Origin: a virus
DNA length: 64,000 bases
IMG/VR virus record: IMGVR_UViG_3300017917_001176
Span: 1 to 64,000 of that record
Reading direction: 5' to 3' (one strand)
Shown piece after piece: positions 55,701 to 64,000 of this stretch (positions are counted from its first letter, which is position 1; each line of letters starts with the position of its first letter). The position numbers and the translations under genes were made by a program. The notes under the pieces are model-generated. The model saw only the letters and a program-made list of their open reading frames with translations. It did not search any database and was not told the origin of the DNA.

Positions 55701-58700
55701 GTCTGTCCGCTCAGTGCCGATAGATCAGGTGGGCTAAATTCTCCGTCTGCTACTTTATACAGGAATCCTGGATACAGCACACGCACCGTGGTAATTGATC
55801 CAGGGGTAGAATCTTTTGCGCCAGCAAGTACTAGGGTATTGTTGTTGTTGATCTTTAATGCTTCGCCGTAGCCTTCATTGGTACGTGCATCGCCATCTCT
55901 TAGTGGCAATAATTTGTCAAATTGCCAACCTTGACTCTTTTCGAACACTGCCCATTGGTCAGTGGCAGTATCGTTGTCGATCCAAACTTTATCAGCTGAT
56001 CTCCAACCTTTGATAGGAGTAGTAGTTACTAGATCATTAACACGATCAAATCTTACTGAAGACAAGGTTAACAGAATACCAACGCCGGTGATACTCTGTG
56101 CGGAACGCAGTCTTTGAAGATTTCTGTAGCCCAAAACTTTAAATGTGCTTGATCCAGCAACACTCAAAACTTTGTAAAAACCATTGTAGTCTGGATCAAA
56201 GTTCTTGATCACAATCAATTGATCCACTGCTACATTGTGCGGTTTGTTGCACACAATGGTAATTTGACTGTCAAGGCCAATCTGTATCTCGTCAACCAAT
56301 ACATCTGTTTCGTTTGCACGATACACATTCCAACTCTTGTTAAAGTCTTTTGCTACCCAGATTTTAAATCCTGCACCAATACGATCCACTAGAGTATAGT
56401 TGTTCTGGAAGTCGGTGATATCAAACAGTGTAGCATCAACATCATCCAGACGTGGATAGCCTGCGGTTACTGCATCGCCTACTCGTGCTTTGATATCATC
56501 TCTATTGATAATAGGATTACGGTTAAATGTGTCTTCGCTGGTTCTATACAATGCACCTGGGTCTACGTTAATATAGCCCTCAGTTGGTGTTTCATCACGA
56601 TTGATCAACAGCAGTGTCGAAGGGTTGTCAGCAAAATCTTGCTCATTCAATTCAAACTCAATGCTTTGGTCGCTGCCAATTGCACCGTAGTCGCCAATGC
56701 GCAATGCCCATTCTTCGTATAGAGTAATACTGCTGGATAGGTTTCTAAACTGTGCAGTGGTCAACGCATCGATCGAATTGATTGTACCTTTTTGTTTAAT
56801 AAATCCTTGATAGAATTTGGCCTGGCTGGTTAAATCTAAATCAAAGTCTTGGAAGTAACTGCGGTCACGATAACCAGTTACACCTTGTCCTAACAGATTA
56901 AATGTGGTATCAGTTGGACGATTGTCTATGTCATAGATGTTGTTAAACTTTTCTGCATTGTACGCAAAGTTTGGTAGTAAGCCTGTTTTGATATTGTTCT
57001 TATCAACCTGTGACCAATCAGCAAAATTAAATTCTTCGCTGGCAGTTACGTCAGAGATTGCATAGTAATATTTTTCTTTGTAGCTAACCAAACTGCCTTT
57101 TCTATAGTTGCGTCCACTGATCCACTCGTCAATGGCATCACTGTTATAGATAAATCCAGCTGGATTCAACTGCCCTGTCCAGTTGCCTGTCTTGTTACCA
57201 ATCAAGCGTAAACGATACTGTCTATTGCCCAGTTCTGGTTGATATACTACATCTCCAAACACTGTGGAGTTGTCCATCAACAGCACATGTTCATACTGAA
57301 CAACATTTAAACTTGCCAGTGCAATTGTTTGTCCAAATATTGATGTTAATGAAAATGCGTTTTCATCTCTGATAATAGTGTACTGGCTAGGTTTAATGAT
57401 GTTGAAGTTTTGATCCAACACTCTGCTGCCAGTGATAGATGTACCAACTTGATCAATGATACCAGCACTGTTATTAAATTTAAGTACATTATAGATTGGA
57501 CTTAGAATCAACAAACTACCAGAGCTCCAGCCTTGCTGTGCCCAGGTCATAAATTCTCTTGCACTTAATATCCAATCCTGACGCACTTCCATGTCAGAGT
57601 TGAATGTGTCAAACACCATGCCTTGACCAATGAGATATCTACCATAGCTGACCAAGAAGTCTACCACCTGTTGAATGGAATCAAATTCATAGCCATATGG
57701 CACAGTTACTTTGACTGGGTCAAAATCTCTGTACACTGTTGCACTGCGATTAATTGCAGTGATATTAAATCTATTCTGATTGACCTTGCTTGGAATAATA
57801 GTAAAGTAAGGTTGTTCTAGATCGTAGCCAGTTACGCTGTACCCTGTGGCACTGCGTTCAATTACCACTGCACTGTAGGTCAGTCTTGTGATCGGAGCAC
57901 TCTTGTTCAAGAAAATCTTGTAGTTTTCTTGTGGTAGCACAATGCTGCTGCTACTGCTCACTGGAGAGCTTTGATCAGCAACCACGTTCAGGAATTTAGG
58001 ATCGCTGTACCCAGCCATCTTATAACTCAGCTTGACTTCTACATTCTTAATCAATTGAGATATTTTAGCAGTACCGTCGATGGCTTTGTTTGTAAACCAA
58101 TCTCGTACCCAATTGATGTAGCCTGCTGTTAGATTCACAGTACCAGAAACTAAACCATCATCAGGGATACTGAAGTTATACTTGGTAACTCGCTGTTTGC
58201 TATCTTTTAAAATTAATTGATCAATGTCTGCGTCACGTGCGTAGTCAACTGTGTTAAACATCTGACCAAAGTAGAATGCAGGACGACTTAGTGCAATTGC
58301 AATCTGTAGTGCATACGGATATTCGCTGCTGCGGCGCCATGCTGTTTCAGCTGGTGCTTGATCTCCAACTGCCCAGCCTGAACTTAATCTGCCTGAATCA
58401 AATGCTTTTGGAGCAAACTTTTCTGGACTCTTTAGTGCGCCAGTATCGTCCACTGGAATAATTTTGCTCAGCCCTGGGCGAGCAAAACGTGCGTCGTATC
58501 CTTCACGAACTCCGCCAGCAATAAATCCTAGTTCTAGATCGTCCCATAGCACCGAGTTAGTACCAGTGTACGGAGCAGGACCGTAGCGTTCAGTCCACCA
58601 GTCTGGCATTTCATAGAAGCCCAACATTTCCCATGGCGCTGTGTGTGGACGGTCTGTATCAAAATAGTATTGATAGATGCCGCGCCAGAATCCTGGCAAA

Positions 58701-61700
58701 TTTTCACCACTGGCATCTTTAAGATATTTGTAATTCCATGTCCATGGGTTATTGCCCTGGAATGTGGTATTGTCGTTGTAATCAATCTTGTTGTTACCGG
58801 CCCAGCGCAAGAAGTTTCTAGTCAACAGTCTGTTGAACTCTGCTCTTGTGTACCCAGTATCTCTGAACTTGCCTGGTATGCTGTCAATTACATCCAACAG
58901 TGTGTTCTGGTAATCGACCTTGATGTTGTTGTAGATACGCAGTTCAAGTTCCAACAGCAACTGGTCACGGTAGTCACCAAAGGTTGGAGTAATGCTGCCA
59001 TCGTGTCCAATCAATACTTCTGTTGGCACTTGGTACGTGTTGTCAGTATAGATACGTGGAACAAAACGAGGATACAATCCCAGCTTGGTTGGAGTTTCTG
59101 GAACATAGCTGCCAACAGTACTTGGACGATCAATAACATCTAATCGTTGTGTGTATGACAGTGTCACAGTTGATGCAATGTCAATTGCAGAAATATTTTG
59201 ATTAAATGTAAAGTCAATGCCCTTGATCAACTGTTGACGCAGGCCAATTGAATCATCAATCAGATAAACCAACACGCTACGACGACTTGGAACTGTGTCG
59301 TAATAGATGCTTGGAATCTGATAGCGACGTTGGCGAATGTCAAGAATAGGAATTGATGTTGTGGTATTTGCAGTGCCATATGGAACCATGTCGCTGTCGT
59401 ACCATGGCATGGTGGTATTGCGACCCACATTAACAATATTCATCAGCTGGTCAACTGCTGCTGGAATATTCTTAACATTAATTTCTTGTCTAATAGCCTG
59501 GTCTAAGAACTTGTTTTTAAACTTGGTGTATTCTTTTTGTGCAAATTCTGCTGCTTCAATAAACTCAAGTCCTTGATCACCAAAGAACAGCGCACTGTAC
59601 ATTGCAGGCGCTGCATGTTGCATCACTGCACCACTCCAACCTTTTATGTCAATGTCGCGCAGGTTATTGGTGCCTAGCACTGTGCCAGTTAATCCATAAT
59701 GATTTTCTGACATGGTCACCAGGTGCTGTCGTAACTGTCCCAGTGTCAGAGAAGTAAAGTTTGTGTTCTCTGTGTTTAAATCAATATTGGTTGGAATTTG
59801 ATAGTAGCCCAACGATGACACTTGATCACTGTATATCAGTATGTCTACTTTGCTCAACGGAGCATCTACCAACAGGTCCGCATCAATAATAATAACCTTA
59901 CGTTCTTGGAATGTGGTTATTTGATACTGAGTTTCATCAATCAACACATTGTCAACATATACCTTGATGTAGGGAATTGTTGCACTGACCTTAGGGAATA
60001 TATCAATTTCAAAGTAATTGGTATTGCCGTCAAAGAACTTGGTGATGATCTGATACTGTTTGGTTAACTCTGTTGCACGAGTCCAAATGTTTCTAAACTT
60101 GAATCCTGTAGCAGTCTTTTGCTTAAAGAAAAACTCATTGATTGGATTCAATACTTCAATCTTGTTTGACAGGTATGCAAAAGATTCTGTATCATAATTG
60201 TTTTCGAACACAATATCGCCAACGTTTTGGAAATTACGATAGCTCAGTGGGAATCCCAATTGCGGATCATTGCTGCCTGTGCCGGACTTGTATGAGAAAA
60301 TCTTTGTTCCAAAGAATTTGCTACCTTGATACACTGTGGTATCAGAAGCACTTGCGCCGTTCTTGTTAAACACATCAAACAGTGGTGCTTGGTTGTACTT
60401 GCTCTTCTGCTGCGCAGGCAACCAATTGGTACCATCGTACCAGTACTGGTTAAATGTATTAACTCCAACTTGACGCTGTTTGAGTGAGGACACACCTGTG
60501 GTAGGCAGTGCAATAATAACAGTATCGTCTGCTTCGTATGTGTCAGGGGTTTCGTCTGCGGTGATAGTTTGTGTTACGTTCAGACTTTGAATCTGCGCCA
60601 ATGCTTTAGCCGACAGGGTAAAGGTCAGCAACAGACTTTCAAATGCAGGCTGTGTTTGATTTAGATCCACAAAGTAATCAAATGTGTCTGTACCAGTTTG
60701 TACACTAATCAAATCAATAATACGAGGAACTTGTGAGCCAGTGGTAACGCCATCACCGGCCACGCTAAATTCACTGTTCACGCTCATGCCAATTTCAAGA
60801 CCGTCTAGATCATTGACCTGTAGTCTAGCAGTGCCTGTGGAAGTAGCCACTTTAACAATTGCTGGAATTGCAGGTTCAATTGTGATGGTTGGCGCTGAAG
60901 TGTACTCGGCACCAGCATTTTCAATTTGAATGCTTTGAATCTTGGTTGAGTTCAAATTGGTAGTAACTGCGCCCACTGAGCTGAAAGACAACGGAACGCC
61001 TGTGTCAACATTAATACGTTGACTAATAGTAATGCTCTTGTTCACTTGGTCAACAGATACAACTTTGATAACTGATGTTGCTAGTGCTTCAGACAACACA
61101 CGCACAGTCATGCCATGCTGTAGTCCTTCAACTGATGTCAGTGACACTCTTGTGGTATCAAACACTGGCAAACGTGTATAATACGTTGCCTTGATTTCGC
61201 CTGCAGGAGCACTGTCGCCTGTGTAATCTTCTGTAAAGTATCTGCTCTTGGCAGTAAAGAATATGTTGCTGTTAGATGGCAAGTTGATAATTTCGCCGTC
61301 CGAGTCCAAAGAATTGATGTCGCCCGACAGTGTGATTTGCCATTGTGTTTCTAGATTTTCTTCTATCTGTTCAATGCCAACCACAGTTAGTATTGTGGCT
61401 TCAGATAGACCAACGTCCATGTAGTATCTGTAGTTGTTAGGATCTGGACCAGTGATACTGGTGCTGGCATACGGAATTTGTCCAAAGTCAGTGTACTTGG
61501 GCTGTAGATTGTCTACCACTATCAAGAAAGCTCTCCAACCTTCTTTAATGTAGCGAATTTCTTCTGAGTCTGCAAATGTCAGTACTCTTGTTCCATAGGT
61601 AACTTCTTTAATGGTAGTAGCAGTTGCAGAGCTGATGATTTCTGTGGTAATGTTGTTTGCAATTTCATATCCGCTGCCTGCGTCAACAATTTTAAAGTAT

Positions 61701-64000
61701 TCAATTACATTGTCATTTAAGATTGCAGTAGCAGTTGGGGTTACTGTGCCACCAACTGCGGTAATTGTTATATTAGGTGCAGTTGTATATCCAGCACCGT
61801 GTTCGGTTACCTTGATAGCATACACTTCTGTACCGTCTGCAGACACAGTGGCAGCAGCTCTGATACCCACAAAAGATACCACAGTACCAGCACGTATGCT
61901 GATAGCCTCACTTAATTCCAGTGTGTTTTCGTCAATGATCTTGGTAACTGTTACTCCGTACTCAATGGTGTATGATGCTAGCACACCGCTGTCAAGGTAA
62001 TCAGTATAGTTTCTACCGTCTAGTGTGATCTGTAGGGCATCGTCAGCATACAGTCTCACTTGAGTTAGACTAACTACTTTGATCCAATAGGTCTTATTAT
62101 TAAGTTCTTCTGTTCCGTTAACACCACGAATAACAATTTGATCGCCATCAATTAGGCCATGCGGATTCTCAGTGGTTACTACAACTGGATTATCTGTTTC
62201 AACTCCAACAATGTTCACTGGCTGTTGTCCGCCAGTGATATACATGTCTGGGCTTGCAGTGCTGGTGCTGTCCACATTCAGTGTGGTGCTAAAACGCACT
62301 GTTTCAACTGCTACCGCTGTGCTAACTCCGTCTGGTTTAAATGTATATTGTCTTCCGTTCTTTACCAGTATAGAAGAACTCATCAATACACTGGCGTTAC
62401 CAAACACTGTGCTCACTGTGGCGCCAACTGGTACACCTTCACCAAACACACGCCATCCGGTTGCAATGGTACCAACTGCACTCAATGAAACAATGTCTGT
62501 ACTGAATACTACACTGTTAGAGTACACTGCGGTAGCCACTTCCACTGTGGAAGTTGACGGCTTGAACACATATTTGGTTTCATCTAATACAGCAGCAGGG
62601 CTGCTTAATCGTACAGCAGATCCAACCACTTCTTCAACTGTGGTACCACCTGTTACACCATTGGCAAAAACCAATTGGCCAGCACTTACACCGCTGGTGC
62701 TGTCTAGCGTTACTAGGTTACTGGTGAATACCACTGAGTTTGCATAACTTGCAAACTTCTCAAGACTGTTTGGACTTTCAATGCTGATACTTGCAGCGCC
62801 AATACCAGATCCAGCATTGGTAATACGAATATAATCCACATACTTGTAGGCACTGTACACAGGAGTAACCACTGCTGTTGATGTGCTGGTAGTAGAGATT
62901 TTAACATATGGGTCAGCAATATAGTTAATACCGCCATATGACACGCTAACGTTTGCAACAGAAGTTGGGCGCATGATTGCGCTGCCGGTTGTCTGTACTG
63001 CGCCAATACTTGGTACAGGACGGCTGAATGTCACAGTAGGAACGAAGCCGTACACCGGAGCAACTGAGTAACCAGAACCACCAGTTACCAATTGGTAATT
63101 ATAAATTTCGCCGTTTAACAGTTCAATATCAATTTGTGCGCCTGATCCAATACCACCACCAACAAATGTTACTTCAGGCTTGCTGCGATAACCTGCACCA
63201 CGATCACTAAATGTAATGTCTAAAATTTCGCCTGTGATAGAATCCACACTCAGTGTGGCTGCTGCAGGACGGTCAGGATTTCCGCCAACAAAGGCTACAC
63301 TAACGTCTTCAACTAGCTGTGCGCCATTAACATAGTATGTTGGCAATAGTTCTGTGTTTTGACTTACCAAGTGAATCTTGGTACGTTCTGCCACAGTGAT
63401 AAAGTCCACACGATAAATTCTGTTGCGAACTTCGGGGTTAGTGTCTGCGGCAAAAATAATACGTGTGCCAGCAGTCAACGGACGGCTTACGTTGTTTGGC
63501 AGTTGAATAACATAGCTTTCCTGTCCTTCAACTTCCTTGAACGCATCAGTCACTGAATAGTCAAGTATTTCAACTGGTGCTTTGGCCAGTTGTCCATAAT
63601 TGTACAAATACAGGTCTGGCTCAAATTCAATAATTGGTCTTGATGCACGAGTTGCAATTGTTTCACGAATGGTTGGATCGTTGTTGTAGGTCGCTGCTAG
63701 ATCAATCAGTTCGCTGTGGAACCAACGATTGCTACGTGACCATGCGTTTAGATCCAAACTGCCACGACTCACAGTGATGTAGTCTGGAGTGCTTAGGTTG
63801 TCATCTAGTGCATACTGCTCCGGAACAATAAGGTTACCAGCACTGACCAGACGAATACTCTTGCCTACACCTTCAACAATGTACACATTGTTAGTATAGC
63901 TAACAGGAGTAACTGTGCCATCAAAGCGAATCTTCATGCCATTGGTAAACTTAACACCGTTAGGACTGGTATAGTTTGTTCTGCCAATGATGTCTGTTTC
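46721..64000 (-). CDS. giant virion structural protein (>5,750 aa, start outside window)
   Basis: Frame stays open to base 64000; GxGY..P repeats, FG-GAP-like propeller repeats, BNR-like repeats. Confidence 0.85.
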   Translation of the reverse strand, partial: ETDIIGRTNYTSPNGVKFTNGMKIRFDGTVTPVSYTNNVYIVEGVGKSIRLVSAGNLIVPEQYALDDNLSTPDYITVSRGSLDLNAWSRSNRWFHSELIDLAATYNNDPTIRETIATRASRPIIEFEPDLYLYNYGQLAKAPVEILDYSVTDAFKEVEGQESYVIQLPNNVSRPLTAGTRIIFAADTNPEVRNRIYRVDFITVAERTKIHLVSQNTELLPTYYVNGAQLVEDVSVAFVGGNPDRPAAATLSVDSITGEILDITFSDRGAGYRSKPEVTFVGGGIGSGAQIDIELLNGEIYNYQLVTGGSGYSVAPVYGFVPTVTFSRPVPSIGAVQTTGSAIMRPTSVANVSVSYGGINYIADPYVKISTTSTSTAVVTPVYSAYKYVDYIRITNAGSGIGAASISIESPNSLEKFASYANSVVFTSNLVTLDSTSGVSAGQLVFANGVTGGTTVEEVVGSAVRLSSPAAVLDETKYVFKPSTSTVEVATAVYSNSVVFSTDIVSLSAVGTIATGWRVFGEGVPVGATVSTVFGNASVLMSSSILVKNGRQYTFKPDGVSTAVAVETVRFSTTLNVDSTSTASPDMYITGGQQPVNIVGVETDNPVVVTTENPHGLIDGDQIVIRGVNGTEELNNKTYWIKVVSLTQVRLYADDALQITLDGRNYTDYLDSGVLASYTIEYGVTVTKIIDENTLELSEAISIRAGTVVSFVGIRAAATVSADGTEVYAIKVTEHGAGYTTAPNITITAVGGTVTPTATAILNDNVIEYFKIVDAGSGYEIANNITTEIISSATATTIKEVTYGTRVLTFADSEEIRYIKEGWRAFLIVVDNLQPKYTDFGQIPYASTSITGPDPNNYRYYMDVGLSEATILTVVGIEQIEENLETQWQITLSGDINSLDSDGEIINLPSNSNIFFTAKSRYFTEDYTGDSAPAGEIKATYYTRLPVFDTTRVSLTSVEGLQHGMTVRVLSEALATSVIKVVSVDQVNKSITISQRINVDTGVPLSFSSVGAVTTNLNSTKIQSIQIENAGAEYTSAPTITIEPAIPAIVKVATSTGTARLQVNDLDGLEIGMSVNSEFSVAGDGVTTGSQVPRIIDLISVQTGTDTFDYFVDLNQTQPAFESLLLTFTLSAKALAQIQSLNVTQTITADETPDTYEADDTVIIALPTTGVSSLKQRQVGVNTFNQYWYDGTNWLPAQQKSKYNQAPLFDVFNKNGASASDTTVYQGSKFFGTKIFSYKSGTGSNDPQLGFPLSYRNFQNVGDIVFENNYDTESFAYLSNKIEVLNPINEFFFKQKTATGFKFRNIWTRATELTKQYQIITKFFDGNTNYFEIDIFPKVSATIPYIKVYVDNVLIDETQYQITTFQERKVIIIDADLLVDAPLSKVDILIYSDQVSSLGYYQIPTNIDLNTENTNFTSLTLGQLRQHLVTMSENHYGLTGTVLGTNNLRDIDIKGWSGAVMQHAAPAMYSALFFGDQGLEFIEAAEFAQKEYTKFKNKFLDQAIRQEINVKNIPAAVDQLMNIVNVGRNTTMPWYDSDMVPYGTANTTTSIPILDIRQRRYQIPSIYYDTVPSRRSVLVYLIDDSIGLRQQLIKGIDFTFNQNISAIDIASTVTLSYTQRLDVIDRPSTVGSYVPETPTKLGLYPRFVPRIYTDNTYQVPTEVLIGHDGSITPTFGDYRDQLLLELELRIYNNIKVDYQNTLLDVIDSIPGKFRDTGYTRAEFNRLLTRNFLRWAGNNKIDYNDNTTFQGNNPWTWNYKYLKDASGENLPGFWRGIYQYYFDTDRPHTAPWEMLGFYEMPDWWTERYGPAPYTGTNSVLWDDLELGFIAGGVREGYDARFARPGLSKIIPVDDTGALKSPEKFAPKAFDSGRLSSGWAVGDQAPAETAWRRSSEYPYALQIAIALSRPAFYFGQMFNTVDYARDADIDQLILKDSKQRVTKYNFSIPDDGLVSGTVNLTAGYINWVRDWFTNKAIDGTAKISQLIKNVEVKLSYKMAGYSDPKFLNVVADQSSPVSSSSSIVLPQENYKIFLNKSAPITRLTYSAVVIERSATGYSVTGYDLEQPYFTIIPSKVNQNRFNITAINRSATVYRDFDPVKVTVPYGYEFDSIQQVVDFLVSYGRYLIGQGMVFDTFNSDMEVRQDWILSAREFMTWAQQGWSSGSLLILSPIYNVLKFNNSAGIIDQVGTSITGSRVLDQNFNIIKPSQYTIIRDENAFSLTSIFGQTIALASLNVVQYEHVLLMDNSTVFGDVVYQPELGNRQYRLRLIGNKTGNWTGQLNPAGFIYNSDAIDEWISGRNYRKGSLVSYKEKYYYAISDVTASEEFNFADWSQVDKNNIKTGLLPNFAYNAEKFNNIYDIDNRPTDTTFNLLGQGVTGYRDRSYFQDFDLDLTSQAKFYQGFIKQKGTINSIDALTTAQFRNLSSSITLYEEWALRIGDYGAIGSDQSIEFELNEQDFADNPSTLLLINRDETPTEGYINVDPGALYRTSEDTFNRNPIINRDDIKARVGDAVTAGYPRLDDVDATLFDITDFQNNYTLVDRIGAGFKIWVAKDFNKSWNVYRANETDVLVDEIQIGLDSQITIVCNKPHNVAVDQLIVIKNFDPDYNGFYKVLSVAGSSTFKVLGYRNLQRLRSAQSITGVGILLTLSSVRFDRVNDLVTTTPIKGWRSADKVWIDNDTATDQWAVFEKSQGWQFDKLLPLRDGDARTNEGYGEALKINNNNTLVLAGAKDSTPGSITTVRVLYPGFLYKVADGEFSPPDLSALSGQTAVADFNETSGTLLYGRTNTSGSGYQLTPNVEVYDTSTGTVNGNVINSNVVTLSSLTVSVNKTPLTNASESKNLTLNSVNDLWVGDTVFGNDGTGNTIPVTVLVANINYATNVITLTSNVTWSNVNTQTLAFTHSRVYVNDTVTGSDGFGNTISTTVKEVGTGSSSVVLNSNISYRSGGTLTFTRGTGGNVQARLTPTTLANIVVINGGGGFTTNPIIELIGGDGSGAAGYVTLDQNGAIDEVILTSAGSGYTYPPTVNLITTNVNHGAILEARLTPSTVKDFVVAGEGRDYRHPRLLVSTHTNDNTGTGASGNVNVTNQSITSVTIRAYGLGYTAAPSVTVTDTSNDATGTGVELDVIFSTGLVKAFQYGEGTFTQIQNVPSFGPDASEFGYTLDIGYDVAFVGAPGSFDGKGAVSIAQNGGTVWQPTQVLHPLELNPEDRYGHALATTKDQRWLYVGAPGANRVYVYARKLTPTNSQKITVVPGEFSYLTNFVLVKTNAEVKVVGGSGKKYEPGFDYVVVAGSLTFTNFETIANETAIYVSQLYPTTVIVPTTIRGVLQTSYVLNTTPIEIDQLSVVGADGRVYVKGLDYNIAGVTLTFLTKEFAGQASVSVIVLNSYYVLVDTLEPSGQVLWENGYSASDYDRIPLAGTVDTYADMEAGTWTTNDLIKVLNKQADGTFDDFEIYAKLSTPGFGLRGVENRAITRIGKFGSSIATTESGYQVVVGAPEVTVNDGTDDIAKAGKVWVFDRSYQVFTGSGVSGAIFTATQTVNQVAKVTIDDIEVFEGIDFTVSGATIAFNIVPRNGARIKVDTNHFNLIQDIENPDPVARAFYGATVAISPNNLNIFVGAPGYRNVNYYNGRVYRYLNQALNFGAISAETSSPNATLGDTIRINDVEVVLTSTGGVTERAVKNLNSKNITGVAARTDGISGLEFLRDENNRPVLGTGYFEANIAAVIDPPDQTEGRQAVISNFTLFANGAINTYQVTDPGSGYTFAPNVAITGANTTTALATVTVSRSPLKIYTTERSKDKRINILPGVGTGLSDLGLKIYKQVQIFEHPDSGTPEKFGTIVKVDNTTGESLLVSSLGGATLKTSTFDNLSTLFDRDTTRFIDVLKNSGAVYVYDYLPIPGETLSEPSQYLYNQVLQNSLILFNDNFGSGIAINNDWVVVGSTRSDYYREDAGAVHLFTNPTLSKGWVKLRERGDKVDIDYINQAFLYDQNTQLIVTDLDYFDPVKGKILGVADQDLDYKTAYDPAVYNRTTVSAVTYDTNSSWNEVQVGRTWWNLDTCRYIDYEQGDINYRVTYWGQLFPGSTIEVCEWVESLVLPSQYAATNNGEAKYADDSAYVEQSFYDSQSGLIKTKYYYWVKNKTNIESSYTTRTSSVAAIADFIQDPRGQDIPYVAVVASNAFSLYNVNNYLSASDIILKIEYARTLNENIAHSEYELVQQNNPLSQVPEKYISKLIDSLSGENSVGEVVPDLRLKENNQVGVGVRPRQTMIKNPAKAIQIFVGYLNRFLAENLIVRSKDLTGLQAQEPVPPDAAGFYNQVVNTYDELNYIPVAGLIDGYKVLVLNDGENEGYWTIYEFTEANTPQWSLNRIQSYDSNRYWSYANWYTTGYNDQTQVDYIVQEFKDIATVTSAAEGDVIKVLDDGNGNFELYAIDSTLAPVIVGAQNGTIQLNESLYNTDLSLVGFDNTGFDNIGFAKTNAIELRNIIQGMFDGILTNTDSVEINKLFFVLINYILSEQKNVDWLIKTSFVSVVHKIRKLEQFAAYTRDQQDYFEQYINEVKPYRTQVREYLLDYEGLEYAVADSTDFDFPSVYDSITGTYRPLNINVPRDANAIAASASVNWLNNYKYSVQSIIVIDGGEGYVRAPTVTISGNGTGATATAIINPAGQVTEIDIVTAGSGYTTTPTVTFTGGGGFGARAYVVLSGSSANVNISTQNKTVRTITTTLSFDRTTYVSKVRMWKPYTTYHPGDIIVVPDVTKTLFANLPDQLLPRYNNVYLAIKTVLGTDTLNLNIFDDETVVQKLRGSDIDNAIDRVAAYNQPGTPDIATLYSSPDTNRLDDSNTNDAVSSQGNEWNAVKHSGVVPATHEYQYIAVGNRGLIALSKNSTNWVVAFISENQINLRDACLFNGTTWIAVGNQATLLTSDNAVDWSKEVVTEYQFSPTIDNTSGSTLLNASQAIDFTAVAEVTGTRGNYVIAAGNGSNILMNPYDTSLDLDQGWYSAKPQPTIYGTPIQFLTLFSQSFGDLTDNNGTTYAVDLQDSGYFTTSGTSNNRLQQGFVIAAGNNGNFFITSYARLEDALLGYAKGYNYDAGKAGDSAYPWIEMKAPIDVIGQGDGVSGQQINAIALSGETDRWLVAVGSAGTLIWNKLDSPVQLRSGAAELGSDTIGKTVVNYGIEVFKNFRAFNADNFISPLSPAAVKTINFSDVTWDGEKFVVVGNESTIIWGYPGVQSEAYIELGAVNPVLSAGTRTPSADWDAVTDATSLTVLIPSTDLAGEVFAGMTVTASLLPDDSLVTGVSYNAETTLWSIAIAFATATVSAGVNQRVSFSYGFVDDIPSGTTLTFTGPNSASIQLVTSRAASKGDNIVYVDNYTKVLGNWTISGTGMPTGARVKQVGRFANFTWQYARSSGKDVNIDYNSVSVNTTTVQLNTPFTANIPAGALVTFFDTTGTKLQLRTTQFLNKDTYTLAFANTATLGAGYTLEANTTLGILGGVAITSTKSYTIGGVLDHLAKDIPDLVPGTSYPGARVIGQPYTETATDILSLDTQITSVYTDNELGTRPEDITINGGKYIDTFSSHAPEELVPGQVIDSLQMNVFTANVVNGNVDYGNVIAYKAFTDYKLPTVYYRLPAANTVILTSELSYDSEEVAVDDVAKLPEPNASQNQPGSIWINAEKINYFGIDYGRNVLTDIRRGAARTSIPLAHPVGSIITDASAEQIITRDTVLSITQDLEVNNGFSGNANTATYQSTIISSVPQGTIWLERP

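Noticed and set aside
47654-63556. Numerous short ORFs within the giant gene
   Set aside because: Antisense or alternate-frame shadows of the long minus-strand ORF

Overview
The window comes from a large tailed dsDNA phage (jumbo/myovirus-like) using the standard genetic code. Its IscU/IscA look proteobacterial, so a proteobacterial host is inferred. There are four zones. (1) 1-1345: small hypothetical genes. (2) About 1400-7300: an RNA island with 30 tRNAs covering 19 amino acids (no Trp), an anticodon-less tRNA-like RNA, several stem-closed structured RNAs and a ~0.9 kb GOLLD-like RNA with an embedded tRNA-Lys. It is preceded by what looks like a leader-peptide attenuator whose 45-codon ORF uses the same 19 amino acids. 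(3) 6.9-18.1 kb: sigma70-promoter-driven genes, including a DGQHR/ParB-like + HNH-like pair, a MoxR-type AAA+ ATPase with a vWA/metallopeptidase partner, DHFR and ThyA. (4) 18.1-64 kb, almost all on the minus strand: a >5,750-aa virion protein and tail-fibre genes run into a ~22 kb tailoring cluster. That cluster encodes 10 radical SAM enzymes (2 with full SPASM domains), a U32-like Fe-S protein, a flavin halogenase-like protein, NDP-sugar enzymes, a split transketolase, a GT2, deacetylases and IscA/IscU/ErpA-like Fe-S assembly proteins. Inside it is a small fibre-like protein with four CxCNCNY repeats fused directly to a self-cleaving S74 chaperone. The best candidate for an undescribed system is this RiPP-like, radical-SAM-based modification of a virion fibre tip; the tRNA-array attenuator is second. 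All calls were made by eye from motifs; no database searches were run.
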